Origin: Eledone cirrhosa
Lineage: Eukaryota
Assembly (NCBI GenBank): GCA_964016885.1
Contig: OZ024740.1
Coordinates: 351,974,001 to 352,038,000 of the forward strand
DNA length: 64,000 nucleotides
Direction: 5' to 3'
Within the stretch, counting starts at the first letter, position 1. Each line of letters begins with the position of its first letter. A program made the position numbers and the translations under genes. The notes under the pieces are model-generated. The model was given only the letters and a program-made list of their open reading frames with translations, did not search any database and was not told the DNA's origin. Positions 11,386 to 23,935 of the stretch are shown here, one piece after another.

Positions 11386-12799
11386 TATATATATATGGTG
11401 GTCTTCATGGAAGTTTAGCTATAAAAAAATTCATTTAGTCTAACCCATGCTAGCGTGGAAGATAGACGTTAAACGATGATGATGATTCAGAAAGCATTTC
11501 TCTACCCAAGTCTATAGTTAAAGCCACTGCATTGCAGTGGGACTGAATCCCAAACCTTGTGATTCCAAAGCAAGCTTCTCAAGTACACAGTCATACCAGC
11601 ACCTATCAAGTCATGAGAAATGTATTCTGCATTTAGGAGAGTAGGGAGGGGGGGGGGCTGAATACTTACAGATATTTAGAGACTAAAGAGTTGTACAGAA
11701 CTATAGTAACTTTAGGTTTTGGTAGTTTGGTAATGTTGAGAATATTAAAGCTTTCAAAAAGAGTTTCTGGAAGCGTGTGTGAAGAGTTTTCTTTAAACTG
11801 GGAACTGAACTATATTAGTATTTCATCCAGCTGTAAAAATATTTGCCCCAAACCTTTTATGTCCACATAGGAAAAACAGTTTGATTTATGCTTGGAGAGA
11901 AATAAATAAGAAAATGTCAATCCGGTGTAAAAGTGTGAATATAAACAAAAAAATCAGTGCAGAGTGTGAGGGAGGAAGAAAAAGATGGGGGAATGAGAAA
12001 AAGGGGGATTAAACAGTGATCCTTAATGTACGTGTGTGTGAGTGCGCACACATACACACTCAGGTAAAATTATCTCTCATCACATTTATTGGCTTGGGAA
12101 TATATATATATATATATATATAATCATAATTTTCTGTTCGCTTTCTTTGCTAGATATATGAGGGTGAGGAGAGAGAGAGAGAGAGAGTAGAATTGATACG
12201 CCTGTCATAAAAACTTTTCAAACGGCATATGGTTTTGCGACGTGCATCAAGGGAGGTAACTCCTACAGTTCAATTTAGTTCTTTCGTTAGGAAACAAATG
12301 TTTTATAGTAAAAAAAAAAAAAGAAAGCAAATATTTCCTATAACTATTTTTTTTTAAATATTAAATCGATAATTATTTTCCCGTCTAATTTCAAACAACC
12401 GAAGTATACTGATTGAACATGACTAAATCTGCACTACTTAAAGTGGACGATTTGAAACTCCCGTGACAACAACAAACTATTGTTTATAGGATAAATACCT
12501 GGGATATTTATTCTTCCATATTTCTCTGCCAACTCAGTATGATATGATTCACTGATTTGCTAACAATAAGACCGAAAGATATTTCCTGCACTTGCTGAAA
12601 TAATTTTTTTTTTATTATTATTACTATTTTTTTAAATTAATATTCCGTTTTTTCCTCTATTCATGTTTATTTCTAATGTTCATGGCTTTAAATGTAGTAA
12701 AAACTAACTTAACTATAGTTTATAGGCAAGTATTCTTTCATTGCTTTACGAGCTACAGTTCATTGGACTACGGCCATGCTATGGCATCGCCTCCAACGG

Positions 12800-12965
12800 C
12801 TTAACCAAGACGTGCAACCAAACGTATAACCCTCCATCAGGCATCTACCATACTCTGAACACCTTGCTTCCCTGGGCATGGATACATTAAAGTTCCGACG
12901 TCTGGCAACTGACTTAGTAGACACATACAAAATTATTAACCATATTTCCAACAAGAACCCTGAGC
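12800..12965 (+). mobile_element. CR1-like LINE ORF2 fragment
   Basis: Translates as RATKRI..SIRHLPYSEHLASLGMDTLKFRRLATDLVDTYKIIN, similar to the CR1 motif Y..RL..LGL.SL..RRLRGDLI..YKI. Confidence 0.75.
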
Positions 12966-13587
12966 ACCTTAATTTTTCAAGTCTGGTACTTACTTTAATG
13001 ATCTCAATTTGTCAAACAACTAGCAACAACTGTAACATGTAACCTAGTACAACCTGTCACATGGTTGGGTTGGTAGCGACTAAACCAGAAACCCCACCAA
13101 GTTTGCTTGGTGAGGAGGGGGATTTTGGGACATGCTGCAGGATGAAAACCAAAACCTGTCAAAGGGCAGAAGAACTGAGGTGAGTCAATGGCTATCCAAT
13201 AGCGTGTAAAAGAAAAAAGGGTCGACAGAACCTTGATTGGCAGTCTGTCTAGAAGGATCACCCTGATTTCAAAATAGCTTCATTCTTGTGATGAAGTTGG
13301 ATAAACTGCAGCTCATAGCTAGCTACTGAGGATTCAGGAACCACAGGCGTTACTTTTTTTCTTGATGAGAATTATGGACATGCAGCATCATATGGCATTG
13401 GTGCTATTGCCCATGGTCCTCAACCCTCAGCAAAGAGGATGGAAAGAGACTAGACCATATACATATATATATACATATATATATGTGTATATATATATGT
13501 GTGTGTGTGTGTGTATGAGTCCCTGGGTTCAATTGGGGGTAACCACAGTAAACAAGGTACTCAATACATTAGTAGAGTGTATACAAC

Positions 13588-13718
13588 AAATTTAATATAG
13601 AAATGGCTTCTATGGGATTAGAACTGTTTTATTTGAAGGAAATCATCAGGGCTTTCCTGATGATTTCCTTCGAATGAAACAATTCTAGTCCTGTTGAAGC
13701 AATTTCTATATTAAATTT
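13588..13718. repeat. Fold-back palindrome with a hammerhead motif in each arm
   Basis: Centre cagg-gcttt-cctg. The right arm reads TTTC CTGATGA tttccttcgaat GAAA caattctagtcctg TT GAAG, the same family as 5773-5819. Confidence 0.8.
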
Positions 13719-14559
13719 CTTATATATATATATTATCATCATCATTGTTTAATGTCTCTTTTCCATGCTTACATTGGTTAGTTGATTGTTACTTTATGTG
13801 ATTTGTCAGGTCAGGTGACCATGTCTTTCTAAAGGCACTCAAGGGCCAAGTGATGATGCTAAGCCAGGTGAAAGATGAAGTTTGCCAACCAAACAGGCCA
13901 CAGTGGAATTTGATGTTAGAATGTAAAGAGATGCAAAATATACTACAAAGAATCCCATCCAATGATCTATTAATTCTGTCAATCCACAAGCCTGATCTAA
14001 TACTTTATTTTATTGACTATTGAAAGGATGAAAGGCAAAGTTGACATTAGTAAGATTTGAACTCTAAACACTGAAAACCAGAACAAATGAGTCTCTAATG
14101 ACTGCTACTTTGCTGTCTAGGTTGTTAATGTAAAGTCACCTCGATAGAGAATATATATAGCTCAGCAGCATTTTTCTTTCAATTCAATTCAACTTTTTGT
14201 TAATGCATTCAAATACAAGTGCTGAGTTGGTGGTAAGTTGTTAAAATGCTTCATGTATTCGTTATGGCTTTCTGTGCTATGAGTTCAAATCTTGCTGAGG
14301 TCAACTTTGCCTTCCATCCTTATGAGGTTGATAAAATATCAGTCCAATACTGGGGGTAAATTCTCTCTCTCTCTCATATGCTATAGGAGCCTCTACATAG
14401 TTACTGGGCCTGTTATTATTGTTATATTGTTTTAACGAAGAAAAGAACACATTAGACAGTAAAGTCCTAGATCTACTATGACTGATAAAGAGACAAGATG
14501 GTCATGGTTAGAATATTTCCTAATCATAATTCTGCTGGAACTCTGTCAACCTTTGTTAA

Positions 14560-14796
14560 CTCTTTAGATACCAAACCAGCTCTAGTTCTATGATACAAAA
14601 CTGATTGTTTTAAAGTGTTTATATTTATTTAAAAACCTTCCATCTTAATTTTATGTAAGAACCTTTAAGTTATGTTCTAAACACCAGCTTAATAATGAAA
14701 AAGTTATATTACTAGTTTCCTTCGGGTTCTTCGTTATTCTGAAAATTATTTGCAAAACAGACAGTAGTTTTCATTAGAAATACGGAAAGGAAAGGT
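14560..14796 (+). mobile_element. piggyBac-type MITE family B
   Basis: TTAA-ctctttagatacc ... aaaggt-TTAA. Related copies at ~15693-15920, 17027-17257, ~21703-21908, 29019-29244 and 62124-62525. Confidence 0.7.
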
Positions 14797-14800
14797 TTAA

Positions 14801-15021
14801 CCCTTTAGCATTTAAACCGACTATATCTGGCCAGAATTCTCTCACCTCTTTCTGTTCAAACAGGCTGTATCCAGCTGCTCATATTGAAGTTAAGGTATTG
14901 TTCTCAAAATAAATAACATCAAAATCTCATAGATTCGATATTATGTGAGATAATTATGTAAACTAAAGTCTTTACCACAAAAATACAATAGTCTATCTAG
15001 AGTAATGTAAATGCTAAAGGG
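14801..15021 (+). mobile_element. piggyBac-type MITE family A
   Basis: TTAA-ccctttagcattta...taaatgctaaaggg-TTAA with perfect 14-bp TIRs. Confidence 0.9.
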
Positions 15022-17026
15022 TTAAACTTCATCCTCCTTAACATCCTTATATCCATTCTTACATGTGGTGGGTTGTATAGTCCATTATATTGACCCTTAT
15101 ACTTAAATGGTCCTTATTTGATTGACTCCAGAAGATTGAAAGATGAAGTCCACTTTGGTGGGATTTGAACTGAGAACTTCAAAATATATATCTAAATACT
15201 ACCAAGCATTCTGTCATCATGCTACTGATTCTGCCAATCCACTGCCCTTATATTGACAAATATAATTAGTTAGTTACACATATACATACTCATTGTTAGT
15301 GATGAACTAAGATTAATTATATGGCTACACACACACACAAACAAAAATCAAAGCTTTATCATATGAAGTCAAGATGCACCTGTAACACCTCTAAAATGGC
15401 AGGGAGGTGAGCTTTTGGCTGAGCTGGCTAATCACTGAAATGATATTATGTGTGCTCTGTAAACAACAGCTGCATATCTAGGCAGATATAAATTGTAGGC
15501 CAATGTTTATGGCCAGAGATCTAAATATTCTAAGGACTTGCCAGCAGATAATGAAGAACAGGGATTTGGAAAGAGATGGTGGAAAGGGAGTGTTAAAACA
15601 GGGCTTATTATAATATTGTTTGTTCAAGCTCACATTGAAAATAGCCTAATAAAAACTGAAAGATTATCCTACACATACTCACACACATTTAACTCTTTTG
15701 ATATACCATCTGAAACCAGCCTTAGTTCTATGATGCAAAATTGTTTTTTTAGTTTGAAGTGTTTTTATTTATCTAAAACCCTTCAATCATAATTTCATGT
15801 AAGAACCTTTGTTATGTTCCAATCATCAACTTAATAATTAGAAAGTTACTTATATTACTAAATATCTCCAAATTTTTTATTATTTTCAAAATTATTTGGA
15901 ATAATTAGGAATATCTTAACGTAACATTGACATACAGGTACCAATGGAAACCTTACAGTTCAGATTGTTTCTAGCTTTAACTATTCAATTGTTGATTCAC
16001 AGAAATATAATCTATCACAAGCGAGTTCTTACATTGGAAGAAAAAATACAATACTTTGCAAAACTAAATTATAAATGATATTCATATTTTATAACATTAT
16101 GTAATGGCTACAAATTGTTTCAAATACTAAATCAATTTCTCCAAGTAAACTGAAGACGTTTACATGCAAAGAGAATTAATCTGTATTTTGATAAGGATTA
16201 ATACAATCGAATTGATAGGAATTAACAACACTGCAGAACATTCATAATCCATTATATCATAGAGTTTTCATTACTTTGAAGATGGGGTATAACTTCAGAT
16301 AAAAAATTTAGTTTAAGAACTAGAAACTTGATCGTTCATTATTTTAAGTTGTTTTTTAAAGAGGATTTCATTAACCTCATGATCTGGCTACACTTTATAA
16401 GAACTGTGGAGTGACCAATTAAATGAGATTGATGCCAGTTTAGCTGAACTGAAGATTTGTTAAAGATTAAGGAGGCTATTAGCAATAAAACAAAATTCTA
16501 AAGTAGCTTAATTTAAGGAAAGAATAACTGAATATTTTTTACAAATTTAGAAAAAGTGATGTCTGCAGAAAGTAAAGGAGGTGCATTGAAATATTTAAAG
16601 CAAAGTGTTTTGATTAAGTCTGAAGAACAGCCAGCAAGTGTAGGTAAAAAGTGCTACTTAAGAAATTATAAAAAGAGCTAAAAAATATCATTTAATGAGA
16701 GATTTGTAATGCATTGATTAGAAAATATTTATTAAATGAGAGAAAACAGTGGAGATGACGAAGGACCGTGACAAGTGGAGAGATGCTGTGCTGAATAGGA
16801 CCCATCCCACCCTTGCAAGCAGGGAAAAGCGGACGTATGATGATGATGAAGACTTACTGTTCACTTAACTCTTTAAATTAGAATGAGGGTGCCTGAACGG
16901 TGTTCTATGCTTTCAGCTTCAGGAGCAGCATTATATAAACAAGCATACTAACATGCATGCAATGTGAAAGTGCAAACACACATATACACATCTTTCGAGC
17001 CTTATATGGTATTAGCAACTGTTTAA

Positions 17027-17257
17027 CCCTTTTGATAACAAACTACCTCAAACTAGTCATGGTTCTATGATAGAAAATTGTTTGTTCTAAACTGTTTATA
17101 TTTATAGAAAAACCTTCAAACAATTTCATGTAAAAACTTTCGTTAAGTTATATTCCAAACACCAATTTCATAATGAGAAAGTTAATTCTTGTTTATTTTC
17201 AAAATGATTTGAAAATTATAGACAGTGTTTTTCATTAGAAATGTAGTAACTAAAGGG
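17027..17257 (+). mobile_element. piggyBac-type MITE family B
   Basis: TTAA-cccttt...aaaggg-TTAA; internal sequence matches 14560-14796. Confidence 0.75.
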
Positions 17258-19556
17258 TTAATGCCAAGTTATCTTCTTCTGGCTTCTCTCATTACTCAGA
17301 TTGAATAAAGTAGAACAGATTGATAAAAACAAAATAGAAAGTATTTCACAGATTACATTAAATGAATGATAAGCATTTGTCAAAGAAGAGCAATCATCTG
17401 AAATATTTTCCCCAAGGACACATTCATTTTAAAAAATGATTTGAAAACTCAATCAACCTGTATTAACTTGATAAAAATAGTAAAAAAATACAAGAAAACT
17501 AGGATAAAGTGTAAAGATGATTTATATGTAATAAGAGAATCATTATGTTGACTTTTGACCAATCACTGAAAAGAAATATCATTGATCCAAAGAAATTGTA
17601 TTACCAGTTTTCAAATTATTCCCAGTTGTATGTAGATCACTCAAATAAACTGCTATTCTGCTGTATTAGATTCTTTCATCTCAGCCCTAACTAATGCAAT
17701 GTAGTGCCTATCATTTTAGTTGTCTGATTCTAATTATCTTGACCAATAAAGACAAAAGGAGGCAGATAAATTGCAGGCTAAAAGCTGACATACAGAATGG
17801 TTAGTATTAATATTGATTTATCTTTTTTTTTCTTTTATTCAACACAAAGACCAATTTCTGTAGGAAAAACAGTATTGTCCACTGAATCAATCACAATATA
17901 TTGATAGTACTTATTTCATCTATCCCAGAGAGATGAAAAACAAATAGAGCTCAAATGGAGTTTGAACTGGAAAAATGTGAAGAAATTAAGTCCTGCAAAG
18001 TATTTGATACAGTAATGTGCCATTTCTTCTAACAATGTTTGATTAGGTATTAAGATTCACTCTGTAAATCCAACCAAAATTGACTTCATTTCTCATCTCT
18101 CCAGAGTCAATTTTTCTGTTAGATCCTTTAGTATCAATTCAAGCAACTATATTCCATACCTAACATATATTTGGCCATATTGCATTGTAATAAATAAAGA
18201 TTACCTCTTTACTGCTTTAATATAAAGTCTGTTGAGTAAATACATGATAGTTTGTGTGAATAAATATGCATTAAAAAGATGACAATATTTGCTTGATGTT
18301 CTATATGTTCTCTCAATCTGCTTGAAATACTAACCAAATCTACCTCAAACCAAATCCAATTCACTTTTAAAAGGCCGCATTGGATAATGTAGCTTTGGAT
18401 ATACAGTTCCTGAAAAAGGCTTAGTTAATTACACCTTAGACAAATGAAATATCATTGCTGGTTTCCGATATTACTTTAATGATGGAAAAATGTGGTTTCA
18501 GCTAACTCCATATGATGGCTACTGAACCAACAAAGGAATCTTCTACATGGTCACTTTACTTGCTAGAAATGGCTGTTAAATCTGCCTCTAATCACACACT
18601 ACCATCCTAAAAAAAAGGACCAAAACCTTGGGATAATTGTATACATTAATATACTGTCAATAAAAAAGAAAAATGAATAGTCTTTGATCATAGATCTATT
18701 TGATCAGGCCTGATCTGCAACTAAAGAAAACAACTCTGAAAATGATGATGAATTGATAGTAGACTAGTGATAATATTTGTACTTGAACAGGCAGAGTCAT
18801 TAGGGTATAGAATAAAATGAATTGCAGCATTTGGGGGGCTCTTTGTAGCTCAAATTCTGCCATGGTCAACTATACATTTCATCAATCTGGGGGAATAAAA
18901 TTAAGTACTAGTCCAGAGCAGTGGAATGGGGGAATTGTTAGAACATCTGATGAGTTACCTTACAGTATTTGTTCTGGCTCTGTATGTTCTGAGTTCAAAT
19001 CCTGCTGTAACCTTACTTAGAACCACTATTCAGTTTAACTTGTCGACCTGGCCTTCAGATGCTTTTAGTGGAGATCACTCTGTAATTAGCATTTGAACTA
19101 AATATGTTTTGAAGATACTTTACTCTCTCCTTCTCACGAGTCTTGGGAGCCCTGAAAAGGGTCATAGGCACTGCTTTTCTTTCCTTGACTAAACAGTATA
19201 TATATATATATGATGATCGATTTTTAGTAACATTGAGGAGATACTTATTTATTGAAAATTAACCTAGAGTTAGAAACTTCAACATATTTTTTTTTACTGT
19301 GAAAAAATATGTATATAAATAATGTATGAAGCCGAATTTTCGGCTTTTGAAGCACTGAAAATATATGTATATGTGTGTGTGTCTATATATATATTAGGAT
19401 TGGTGCTCTGAAAAAGCGATGTATACATGAATATATGTATAGTATATTTGGCAAATATACCGTATGTTTAATTAAAAACATTTTGAAGACCATATGCTTT
19501 TGGTTTTAAAGTAGTGACTATGTCACCTACTTCTTTTCGGTGAAAGAAGGGAGAGA

Positions 19557-19598
19557 AGCTAACAGTCTGTTTCACGCTGTTTGACGATCATCAGAGCC
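19557..19598 (-). ncRNA. Minimal type I hammerhead ribozyme motif
   Basis: GGCT CTGATGA t-CGT-caaaca-GCG-t GAAA CAG-a-CTG TT AGCT. Stem III is quasi-palindromic and the triplet is GUU. Confidence 0.7.
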
Positions 19599-19960
19599 AT
19601 ACACGCCCTGCTTACTGCAAAAATTATAGAAGCTGGATTCTTATAGAATTCCAGTAATAATCAGGAGCTGATTATACAGAGCGATTGCTGGTCCAGCAAA
19701 AGTTAGGTATTAGGATTGGTGCTCAGTCACTACTTTAAAACCGATAGCGTATGGTCTTCTAAATGTTTTTAATTAAACATACGGTATATTGCCAAATATA
19801 CTATACATACATTCATGTATACATCGCTATTTCAGAGCACCAATCCTAATACTTAATTTTTGCTGGACCGGCAATTGCTCTGTATAATCAGCTCCTGATT
19901 ATTACTGGAATTCTTATAGAATCCAGCTTCTATAATTTTCGGCGTAAGCAGGGAGTGCAT

Positions 19961-20002
19961 GGCACTGATGATTGCCAAACAGAGTGAAACAGACTGTTAG
20001 CT
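19961..20002 (+). ncRNA. Minimal type I hammerhead ribozyme motif (mutated stems I and II)
   Basis: GGCA CTGATGA ttgccaaacagagt GAAA CAG-a-CTG TT AGCT. Confidence 0.6.
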
Positions 20003-20122
20003 TCTCTCCCTTCTTTCGCCGAAAAGAAGTAAATGACAGTCACTATTTTAAAACCGATAGCGTATGGTCTTCAAAATGTTTTTAATTAAACATACGGTAT
20101 ATTGCCATATATATATATATAT

Positions 20123-20340
20123 ATAAGTATAAGGAAAAAGCTCAAGCGCAGAACTGCTATAAAGAAAGCTTATAAAATAGGGTGAATACCCCTAAAAGAC
20201 GATATCTAGAAGATATGGGGTTCAATTCCTCATAGCAGCTGATGGCAACTTCTTTTTCCATCTTTTAAGGGTCTTTACCCTATTTTATAAGCTATCTTTA
20301 TAGCATTTCTGCATTTGGGCACTTTCTTTACACTTACATA
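20123..20340. repeat. Inverted-repeat element, ~80-bp imperfect arms, ~55-bp spacer
   Basis: tgctataaagaaagcttataaaatagggt / accctattttataagctatctttatagca, flanked by TA runs. Confidence 0.75.
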
Positions 20341-20837
20341 TATATTTATAATATGAATCAACAAGTCTGTGATTTTCTAATTCCCGTAGCACACCAATAT
20401 CTCTGTCTTTTGTTTATATTTCCAGAACTTTAAAGTCATTCTATGAAATATATGCTGTCTGCATGTTTAAATGAAAGCATGTGTTTATGAAGAGTGAAAA
20501 AGATATGTGAAATAGATAAAAATAGTAGAGAAATATTAGTATAACCTGGATATATGGTCTTAATTTTAGCTGACATGGTTGAAACAGCTTGAGTGTTCTA
20601 CCATATTTACTTACTTAACACACTAACTATATCACAACTGAAGCTTATTTACCACAAAGGTCTTTGGTATATCAGCTGGAAGACCTAAATATCAGCCCCT
20701 CAAGAGTTCAGATTAGGAGTAACTAATTGTAGAAGTTACTCAGTACTTGCGCTAACTTTAAGGGGAAGTATATGGTGTCAACAGGTTGTACGTGAGTGGT
20801 CCCAAAGGATTAAGATATAGAATAAGACAAACTAAGT

Positions 20838-21032
20838 ACTGTATTTTTTGGAATATATAACACAAACTTATTTTGAAGAAAGGTTTAGGGGAAAAAAGTT
20901 AATATTCAGTTCTACTTATTCATGATTACTGTATAATGTATTATTGTTGTATACATACCTTAGGTGTATAGAGTGCAGGCAGATTTTGACATCAAATTTT
21001 GGAATAAAAACTTGTGACCCAAAAATATAGTA
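20838..21032. mobile_element. Degenerate Tc1/pogo-type MITE
   Basis: Ends tactgtattttttgg / cccaaaaatatagta. Confidence 0.4.
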
Positions 21033-22544
21033 TGTGGATGTGTGTGTATATAGTCACCTAAACATGATTTATTCTAATAATTATTATTTTATTATAGTCA
21101 TTTAATTTGGGATGACTACATTTCAAATTTTTCCAGTGTTTCTTAAGACAACTAAACACACACATACATATATCATCATCACTGCTTATATATATGAGAG
21201 AGAGAGAGAGTAGGAAGTGAGATATATATCATCATCATCGTTTAATGTCCATCTTCCATGTTAACATGGGCAGGACGAACTGTCCCTTTGTGAGGGATCA
21301 GGTCGGGGGACCGTGATTCACTCACACAGAACATATATATATAGAAGTAGTAACAACAGTTAGTACACCATACTTCTACCCAACTCGTCCCTTGGACTGA
21401 ATGTTCTACCACTATGGATATTACCTTCCAGTGTTCTACCTCTATATATATATATACGTAGTGAATTGACTGAGTTATTAAAATGTCTGTGGCCAACAAC
21501 AGGTTGTCTCATAGAAACTCCTACTTGTCTTCTAAGTTGTGTTTTACAATATTTCAGTTAAACTAGCTATCAAGAATAGAATACCTGATCATCTGGAAAT
21601 GTTACCTGCAATAGGCGAATGTTCCACCCAAGAAGAGACATATTTCTCATTAATATTTCTCTTATTATTAATGAAACTGGATCTAAGCACCAGCTTTCAG
21701 AACATTTTCGTTACAACCCACCCAAAACTACCCTGATTCTATGACACAAAACTGTTTATTTTAAAATGTTTATATTTATTTAAAAAGTTATGCTCCAAAC
21801 ACTACCTAAATAATGAAAAATTTATATAAATATCTTCAAATTCTTGATTATTTTCAACATTAAAAATCATAAGCAGTGTTTTTTATCAGAAATAAGGTCA
21901 TTAAAGGGTTAAAAGATTAGTTTGTATTTATACCAATTGCAGCTAACCCTGCTTTAACAGTCTAAAAGATGTCTTTATATTTTTTATTTTGAAAAGTTTT
22001 TCAATTGATCATGATATCAACCATATGAATGATTGGGCGAATATTTTCACTGTTTCAAATAATTGTAATGATGCCAACCTTTAGTGACTACAAATTTATA
22101 TAAAGATTTTGGAAGTCATTTGAACACGCCATTCTACTGATGGAATATTACATGGCAAAGATCCATAAAAGGCTGGCAGTTAACTAGTTAAAGCAGAAGA
22201 TGTTAAGCTGGCAGTTGGTTTCTGTTATTATCATCTCTTATTGTCTTCAAATAGTCATAGTCAGGACATTGTTAAAGAATTCAGGGTGAAGAGAGCACAA
22301 GGCATTAATAATATAGTATTACAGAGACGAAAACTAGAAAGCAAAGAGAAAAATTTGAATTGATAAGAATCTATCTGCTTTTCACAACATGGTAAATGTT
22401 ACTGGAATATTTCCAATGTCCAATAAAGACTAGTGGTGCCAGGGTCAAGATGATAATGATAATAATGAGAGGGTTGGGGGAGTTACTTGTCAAGCATTTG
22501 ATATAGAATTGAAGAAATAGAAGTACAACAAATAGTAGTAATAT

Positions 22545-22594
<50 letters not shown>

Positions 22595-22813
22595 CTACTA
22601 TTATATGTAGAGAGAAAATTACAAAATTATTATTAAAAACGCCATAATCCAGATGAGTGGAAATAACTTTTATTGTGAAACACTTACACGTGTTTCATCA
22701 TATGTATTACATATAAGTCTCGGACCCCTAATTTTTTTATTATTTCATTATTTTAATCAAATTAACTCAATCAATTGATTACACAAATGAAATTTGAATT
22801 ATTTATATATATA

Positions 22814-22945
22814 ATTGTTTCTACTTTTGGCACAAAGCCACCAATTATCCAGTGCATTACTGGTATTTTATTTTATCGACCCCCATAAGGATGAAAGGCA
22901 AAGTTAACCGCCATGGGATTTGAACTCAGACCATAAAGGGGCATT
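22814..22945 (-). mobile_element. SINE family 2
   Basis: ttttatcgacccccataaggatgaaaggcaaagttaacc...gggatttgaactcaga. Confidence 0.75.
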
Positions 22946-23059
22946 AATGTTATATTTATAGGCACAGATATAGCTGAATAATTAAAGTGTTTGCTTTACA
23001 ACCACATTTTGTGGGTTTGATCCAACTGTGTAAGTCCTTGAGTATGTGTCTTCTACCCG

Positions 23060-23935
23060 AGCCAACTCAACTCCTGCCTCTCCTTCCACCCCACCTTTGA
23101 CTTCACCACCACCTCCATCACTTCCTAGATATCTCTGTTTCTATGAACCACTCCAATAGCTCCCTCAATATGTCTTCCTTCTTCAAACCCACCAACTTCC
23201 ATGCCTACCTCGACTTCACCTCCCACCCACACCAAACACTCCATCCCCTACTCCCAATTCCTTCATCTCCACTGCATGTGCAGTCAAACCCATGACTTTT
23301 GAGGCTCAGGCTCAATACATGGTGGCTAGACTATCAACAAGGATACCCCTGCTCTGATAAACCTGCCCTCACCTCTGCCTTTACATCCCCCACCAACCAT
23401 CTACCATTTCCCTTCACTTATCCCCCTTCCAGTATGCCCCTCCAAAAGATGATCCTCTGCCTCTTTTGCCACCTCCAGTCAGATCCCTCCACCTTTCCTA
23501 TTTTCCCTTTCCCTCTTTTGAGCACACAAACATTAGGAACCAGCTTTTTCACAATTTCTTCCTTCCTTCCAACTCCTCTCATGGATCCCATCACTACTTT
23601 CAGCCTCATCGGACCCAATTGCCATGTCTTTCACATTAGGGGCCCTTTCAGCTGCACATCTGATGCATGCTAGGCATAGCCTGGTTGTTGATTGGCTGAC
23701 GGATTCACCAAACACCTGTAGGACATCCAAGTTAGCAACTCGTCTCCAGTGGCATGACATTTCCACACTGCCAGTCATTCCACATGTCAGCTTACTGTGT
23801 TCAGGCTTGCTTCTTGCATCAGACCCTCAGACAGGCACTGCCAGAGGGAACAGCAGGTTATTTTTTTCTAAATATATCCACCCTCAATGGTCTAAATGCA
23901 CTGCCTCTCTTCCTCTAATCTACTCTTCGTACTGC
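23060..23935 (+). pseudogene. Penelope-like retroelement ORF remnant (RT thumb to GIY-YIG region)
   Basis: Across frameshifts it reads FLDISVS..FKPTNFHAYLDFTSHP..TKHSIPYSQFLHLHCMCS, then GYP, PFPFTYP, FHIRGPFSCTS and EQQVIF. These match PLE motifs KPT...YL...S.HP, IPYSQFLR.RR.CS and F.CTS. Confidence 0.8.

Larger units (their letters stand above)
19392..20108. mobile_element. Retrozyme-like insertion: two divergent, circularly permuted copies of a ~315-bp hammerhead monomer
   Basis: Minus copy 19392-19724 has period 316 (tattaggattggtgctc at 19392 and 19708). Plus copy 19724-20108 has period 313 (agtcact at 19725 and 20038). Both ends lie in (TA)n. Confidence 0.8.
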
